Of a stretch of DNA of 53,557 nucleotides, positions 48,600 to 53,557 are shown one piece after another. A program made the translations under genes and the position numbers. Within the stretch, counting starts at the first letter, position 1. Each line of letters opens with the position of its first letter. The notes under the pieces were generated by a model. The model was not told the origin of the DNA, searched no databases, and saw only the letters and a program-made list of their open reading frames with translations. The stretch is from Bacteroidales bacterium (lineage in GTDB: Bacteria; Bacteroidota; Bacteroidia; Bacteroidales; UBA12077): assembly GCA_028282585.1 (NCBI GenBank), contig JANQHR010000086.1, positions 1-53,557 of the forward strand, written 5' to 3'.

Positions 48600-50135
48600 T
48601 TATTTTTTTATGTCTTCCTCATCAAAAACCAAAGCTTCGTAAGTGTAAATATCGGCTTCTTTCCAACCTTCCCAACCTATTCCTGCTTTATTTCTTGCAC
48701 AATATCCCAAAAATTCTTCTTTGGTCCAACCAGTTTGTAAAGCAACTTGTGGTAAAAAAGTACCTGTAGCAAAACCTTTTTTTATATAAATTCCATGCTT
48801 CCCCATTTCAATTTCATCGATTGATTCAATTTTCTTTAATGGAGTTAAAACGGATATTTCCAAATCTATATTATTCATTTCGTCCATTTCCACAACAGGG
48901 AATCTATGATCTTCAGTAGCAGCAGCAATAGCCATTTTTTGTATAGTTTCATATAGTGGTATATCGGCAACAAAACGCCCAATGCAACCTCGTAAAGCTC
49001 CTTCTTTATGAAGACTTACAAATGCTCCGCATTTAGATTCCATAGCTGGTGTTATTAATGATTGATCAACTTTTGGATATTTCCCAGAAGTTAGATATTC
49101 GTTAATAGTTTGTCTTGCAATTTTTAAGAGCTCTTCCTTTTCATCAATAGTTAATGTAAACTGATTCTCTGACATATTTGACATTTTTTTCTTAGCAAAA
49201 ACAATAGCATGATAACCAACTACTCTGCTTTTATCTCCCAGTGCATCGCCAGAATTTTGATACACAACAGGAATAATTTCTAGTGAACGGTCTTTCTCCG
49301 TAATATTTAATAAAGTTAAAACTGCTGGCCACCCACACATACTAGTAACCAGATTTTCAATATTCGCAGATGCATTTTCATTAATTGCATCAATTAACTT
49401 ATTTGCTGAATTTGATAATATGGCATCGCCTGTCTTTTTATCGGCTAATAAAGCATTTTCATATTTAGGATAATGCGAAAAATCTGTACTTATAACAAAA
49501 AGATTTTTTTCATTAAAATAAGGTTCCAATACTTCTGCCATTTGTTTTACTTCTCCCAAAGTTTGTGTTCCGGTTACAATAGGTACAATTTGAAAATCCT
49601 TTCTCAGCTTATATTGTAAAAACGGCAACTGAACTTCTAAACTGTGTTCAGCAGAATGGGCTTCCGGATTAAAACTAAATATTTTATTTTCTTCAATTAA
49701 TTTATTTGCTAAATCTTGATTAACTGCTACATTACCTAAAGGAGTAATATAATCTCCCTGATTATAAATTGAAGCTCCTTTAAAAAGAGTTCGGTGACTG
49801 GAAGCTATCACGAAAATATTTTCGTATTCTTTATCGGGGTCTATCTGATTGTAAGCAGAAGCTGCAACTTTCCCGGAATAAACATAACCTGCGTGTGGAG
49901 CAATAATTGCCAAAACATGATCATAGGTTTTAACCTTAGAAGCTTGTGCAAATAATGATTCTAGCTGAACTTTTAAAGCTGTCGCGTTTCCCGGATAAAA
50001 TGTTCCGGCAACAACAGGCTCCCTGTTTATAAAGCTATCCAACTGTTTTGTGTCTGATTGAGAATTACATTCGATAACTAGAACCGTAAACAGAAATAAT
50101 AAAAATAGTTTAGGATATTTGAACAACTGTAACAT
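48600..50135 (-). CDS. amrB: AmmeMemoRadiSam protein B (Memo-like) fused to protein A (AMMECR1-like), with export signal
   Basis: VAGTFYP, APHAGYVYSG, EHSLEVQLPF, STDFSHY, MCG; then GAFVSL..LRGCIG, ISVLT, TFLPQV; hydrophobic N-terminal extension. Confidence 0.93.
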   Translation of the reverse strand: MLQLFKYPKLFLLFLFTVLVIECNSQSDTKQLDSFINREPVVAGTFYPGNATALKVQLESLFAQASKVKTYDHVLAIIAPHAGYVYSGKVAASAYNQIDPDKEYENIFVIASSHRTLFKGASIYNQGDYITPLGNVAVNQDLANKLIEENKIFSFNPEAHSAEHSLEVQLPFLQYKLRKDFQIVPIVTGTQTLGEVKQMAEVLEPYFNEKNLFVISTDFSHYPKYENALLADKKTGDAILSNSANKLIDAINENASANIENLVTSMCGWPAVLTLLNITEKDRSLEIIPVVYQNSGDALGDKSRVVGYHAIVFAKKKMSNMSENQFTLTIDEKEELLKIARQTINEYLTSGKYPKVDQSLITPAMESKCGAFVSLHKEGALRGCIGRFVADIPLYETIQKMAIAAATEDHRFPVVEMDEMNNIDLEISVLTPLKKIESIDEIEMGKHGIYIKKGFATGTFLPQVALQTGWTKEEFLGYCARNKAGIGWEGWKEADIYTYEALVFDEEDIKK

Positions 50136-50232
50136 CTATAAATGATTTTAGCTAAGTTATGAAATTAGAAATGGATAGTCAATAATATTCGTTTGTCTTT
50201 AGCTAAGCTAAATTTTGTTACTTTTGATTTTG

Positions 50233-51357
50233 ATGGTAATATTCGAATATACTGCATTTATTATATTAAGTGTCTATTCCTTAATTATTATTGGATTCTC
50301 AATTGGTTGGGTAAAGATTAAAAGATTCCAAATAAGAGAAAGTATTGACCCAATTCGCGTAAGTATTATAATAGCATGTAGGAATGAAGAAGAAAACATT
50401 CAACAATTTCTAAATTGCCTTGTTGCCCAGAAATACCCTAAAAATAAAACAGAAATAATTATTATTGATGATCATTCAGAAGATAATACTGTAACTTTCA
50501 TCAAAAAAAAAATAGCAAAAAATAATCATATCAAGTATCTGCAATTACCACCAGGTAAAATAGGCAAAAAGGAAGCAATAGCATATGGCATAGAAAATTC
50601 AACTTCTGAAATTATATTAACTACCGATGCCGATTGTGAAATGAAAGAAAACTGGATCTGCTCAATGGTTAGTTATTACATAAATTACCAACCAAAATTA
50701 CTTTCGGGCCCGGTTACTTTAAAAAAAACACCTGGTTTATTTCAAAATTTCCAATCACTAGAGTTTTTAAGCCTTGTTGGAGCAGGAGCAGGAGCAATAG
50801 GATTAAAAAAACCAATAATGAATAATGGGGCAAATCTCTTATTCGAAAAAAAATTGTTTCTTGAATCTAATCAATATAAAGATTATGCTTCAGGTGATGA
50901 TATTTTTTTAATGCTACATACAAAAGGAAATTATAGAAAAGAAATCCACTTTATTAAATCAAAGGATGCAATTGTATATACAAATGGATTAAACAAAATA
51001 AGCAGTTTTTTTAATCAAAGAATTAGATGGACATCGAAAAGTAAAGCTTATAGCGATTTTGATATAACATTTACTGCCATTATAGTTAGCCTGATAAATT
51101 CAATGTTAGTTCTAACCATATTATTATCGTTTTGGGAAAGATCATTTTTTTTTACATTCTTAATTATTTTCATGGTAAAATCAATTGTTGATTTAGTAAT
51201 CTTAATTCCTGTATCTTCATTCTTTGATAAAAGAAATTTAATTTGGCTATTCTTTCCTTTACAATTAATATATCCGTTCTATATTTTGGCAACTGTTATT
51301 TTAGGTTTGATAGGAATTTTTAAGTGGAAAAACAGAACTTTTAGAGAAAAAAGATAA
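50233..51357 (+). CDS. GT2-family membrane glycosyltransferase
   Basis: IIACRNEE, DDHSED, TTDADC, SGDD, QRIRW; ATG 50233 preferred (TACTTTTG at 50219-50226). Confidence 0.9.
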   Translation: MVIFEYTAFIILSVYSLIIIGFSIGWVKIKRFQIRESIDPIRVSIIIACRNEEENIQQFLNCLVAQKYPKNKTEIIIIDDHSEDNTVTFIKKKIAKNNHIKYLQLPPGKIGKKEAIAYGIENSTSEIILTTDADCEMKENWICSMVSYYINYQPKLLSGPVTLKKTPGLFQNFQSLEFLSLVGAGAGAIGLKKPIMNNGANLLFEKKLFLESNQYKDYASGDDIFLMLHTKGNYRKEIHFIKSKDAIVYTNGLNKISSFFNQRIRWTSKSKAYSDFDITFTAIIVSLINSMLVLTILLSFWERSFFFTFLIIFMVKSIVDLVILIPVSSFFDKRNLIWLFFPLQLIYPFYILATVILGLIGIFKWKNRTFREKR

Positions 51358-51369
51358 ATTTGGGACACT

Positions 51370-52590
51370 ATGATATTCCGAAAACAAAAAGTTGAAATTA
51401 GCAATTCTCTTAACAAATTAGCATGGGAACGTTTCAAAAAAAATAAACTTTCTATTAGCGGATTGTTATTTATATCGCTTGCAGTTTTAATCGGAATTTT
51501 AGGTTATTTGATTACTCCGGATAAATCTGCTTTTGCTAATACTCAAATCTTAGAAATATCAACTAAAAACCCTGGCTTTAAATGCCTGATGCTTAAAGTT
51601 CAAAAAAACGAATTACCTGAAAAAACAGGAGTATTAAAAAAAATGATCCTGGGTAAAAAGAACGAATATACGTATATCCCTATTAATGGATATCATTTTG
51701 AAAATGAAACATTAATTATTGAAGAGTTTAATGAAATAGAACAAGAAGAAGCTTTTTTCCAGGAAATAAACCCGATAGAAGTAATTGCTAAATTGAAATA
51801 TGGCAAACCAATTACATACGATTCGGAAAAGTTTCTATTTGCAGATATTGAAGGCCTTGAAAGGGAAATGTCTTTAAATAAGGTTAAAAAAGAAATTGAA
51901 ACGAATCATATTATAACTAAAAGGTATTTTTTAGGAACGGATCGATTTGGCAGAGACTTATTAAGTCGATTACTAATTGGAACCAGAGTATCTCTTTCCG
52001 TCGGATTTATATCCGTTTTTATATCACTAATAGTTGGAATTACGCTAGGATCAATTGCTGGATTTTTTAAAGGAAAGATTGACGATTTTATCATGTGGCT
52101 AATTAATGTAATTTGGTCCATACCTACTTTATTAATGGTTATAGCAATCACTTTGGTTATTGGGAAAGGGTTTTGGCAAATTTTCATTGCAGTTGGATTA
52201 ACTATGTGGGTTGAAGTTGCCCGTGTTGTTCGAGGTCAGGTTTTAAGTGTTCGTGAAAAAGAATACATAGAAGCTGCCAGAGCTTTAGGTTATAGTAACG
52301 GTAGAATAATATTCAAACATATTCTACCAAATGTTATGAGTCCGGTGATTATTATTTCTGCTGCAAATTTTGCTACGGCAATTTTACTCGAGGCCGGATT
52401 AAGTTTTTTAGGAATTGGCGTTCAACCTCCTGTTCCATCCTGGGGAACCATGATAAAGGAACATTACGGATACATAATAATGGATAAAGCTTACCTTGCA
52501 TTTTTCCCCGGAATCGCCATTATGCTTATGGTACTTGCATTTACATTAGTTGGTAACGGACTTCGTGACGCTTTTGATACTAAATCTTAA
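51370..52590 (+). CDS. OppC/DppC-type ABC transporter permease with enlarged periplasmic loop
   Basis: LGTDRFGRD, ARVVRGQVL..EYIEAARALG, HILPN, LSFLGIG, GNGLRDAFD. Confidence 0.92.
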   Translation: MIFRKQKVEISNSLNKLAWERFKKNKLSISGLLFISLAVLIGILGYLITPDKSAFANTQILEISTKNPGFKCLMLKVQKNELPEKTGVLKKMILGKKNEYTYIPINGYHFENETLIIEEFNEIEQEEAFFQEINPIEVIAKLKYGKPITYDSEKFLFADIEGLEREMSLNKVKKEIETNHIITKRYFLGTDRFGRDLLSRLLIGTRVSLSVGFISVFISLIVGITLGSIAGFFKGKIDDFIMWLINVIWSIPTLLMVIAITLVIGKGFWQIFIAVGLTMWVEVARVVRGQVLSVREKEYIEAARALGYSNGRIIFKHILPNVMSPVIIISAANFATAILLEAGLSFLGIGVQPPVPSWGTMIKEHYGYIIMDKAYLAFFPGIAIMLMVLAFTLVGNGLRDAFDTKS

Positions 52591-52708
52591 CTCTATACAT
52601 TTTAAAACCTTCTTTTCGTCAATTAATAATCAACATTAGTCAAATTCTTAAAACAAATCTTTTATTTTATTGTTAGGAAACGGTGGTTAAAAACTAATAA
52701 CTAACATC

Positions 52709-53191
52709 ATGGTGGAGAATTTAAAAAGTACTGTTGAGGTGTTAAAACAGCGGGTAAAATTTAATTTAAACTTAATTCGGGATATCGAATTAGAAATCAA
52801 AGAAATACTTAAAGAACCTGTTTCAAAAGAAAGGTCGGAAAAGTTAGATCGTAGATTTTACATCAATAAGCAAATTATTAAAGAAAATAATAGGGCCATA
52901 AAACTACAAAAAAGTATTTTGGAGTATCTGGAATCCTATCATGACGAGCTATCTCAATTCCCGGAAACTATTGAAGTTGAAAATCCAAAAGAATCAATCG
53001 CCTTAAGAAAAAAAATAGAGTTGAAACGTGAGGATTACTTTGAACTAACTGTAAATAAAGACATAGAATACGATAATCATCACCCATATTTTAAAGATGA
53101 ATCTTTTGCCAAGGATTTAATGTCTTATTTTATTGAGGTAGAAGATTATGAAATGTGTGCCAAACTGATATCATTAAAAGATAATTCCTGA
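52709..53191 (+). CDS. Hypothetical coiled-coil protein
   Basis: 160-aa ORF, helical pattern, C-terminal EDYEMCAKL. Confidence 0.65.
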   Translation: MVENLKSTVEVLKQRVKFNLNLIRDIELEIKEILKEPVSKERSEKLDRRFYINKQIIKENNRAIKLQKSILEYLESYHDELSQFPETIEVENPKESIALRKKIELKREDYFELTVNKDIEYDNHHPYFKDESFAKDLMSYFIEVEDYEMCAKLISLKDNS

Positions 53192-53557
53192 AAAACAGTA
53201 AAAATATAATCCTATAGATAAAACTGAATCAATTACTACTAATCGATTTTGTGTTATTGCTTTTTTCCGTAAAAAAAAAGAGCTAAGAACTCTTAAAAAT
53301 AACTGAATCAGGAAAAACAAGAATATTTTAATCCCTTGTTTATTGTACGACCTGGCACTTTCAAGTCTAAATCTTACAATTTCTGAAAAACTTCTTGATA
53401 AGCCTTCAGTTTTGCATGGATGATATTCTAGCTCAGCACATGCAGACTTAATAGGATAATTATTTTTTTCGGCAGAAAAAATGCCGGAATAAATAAAAAT
53501 CAATAAAATTATTCCGGCAAAAGATAAGTTTATGATATGATAAGGTTCACGAAATAA
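53174..53557 (-). CDS. DUF2752-like membrane protein, 5' end beyond the window edge
   Basis: Frame is open to base 53557 (LFREPYHIINLSFAGIILLIF...); SAC..PCKTEGLSRSF resembles the CPxCGxTRSF motif. Confidence 0.55.
   Translation of the reverse strand, partial: LFREPYHIINLSFAGIILLIFIYSGIFSAEKNNYPIKSACAELEYHPCKTEGLSRSFSEIVRFRLESARSYNKQGIKIFLFFLIQLFLRVLSSFFLRKKAITQNRLVVIDSVLSIGLYFYCFSGIIF

Noticed and set aside
10957-52187. Short shadow ORFs inside housekeeping genes (e.g. 12634-12837, 15565-15903, 34321-34671, 41136-41501, 43390-43638, 51906-52187)
   Set aside because: Overlap conserved genes on the other strand or frame; no independent evidence
53482-53519. 11-bp inverted repeat tgccggaataa...ttattccggca
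   Set aside because: Inside an open reading frame with no U-tract context; no support for function
1-53557. CRISPR arrays, tRNA/rRNA genes, IS elements
   Set aside because: No repeat-spacer periodicity, cloverleaf, rRNA-like block or transposase motif recognised by eye

Overview
AT-rich (roughly 30% GC by eye) chromosomal segment of a Bacteroidota organism, probably an anaerobic Bacteroidales member, judged from TAnnTTTG promoters, a T9SS sorting domain and the lysS-gpsA-pgi and purH-mreBCD-mrdA-rodA gene orders. Bases 1-10.2 kb are a minus-strand polymorphic-toxin island. It holds a signal-peptide-bearing SpvB/FG-GAP/RHS protein with an HExxH tip, two exported candidate immunity proteins, an orphan tip fragment, a small T9SS-CTD protein with one YD-like repeat and a GxVGIGT fibre-like protein. 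The island is bracketed by two copies of the fibre gene's 3' end (70/79 nt identical by hand alignment). The rest is mostly housekeeping, plus a COG2403/ArcE-like ATPase, a long KamA-like radical SAM enzyme, a multi-PAS hybrid kinase and a copper-efflux cluster preceded by a structured-RNA-like hairpin. The best candidate for an undescribed system is a four-gene AmmeMemoRadiSam operon (44962-50135) whose enzymes appear to be exported (Tat-like and Sec-type signals) and are co-encoded with a membrane pseudo-spermidine-synthase and a His-rich membrane protein. No rRNA, tRNA, CRISPR array or transposase was recognised. All family calls are motif recognition from memory; no searches were run.
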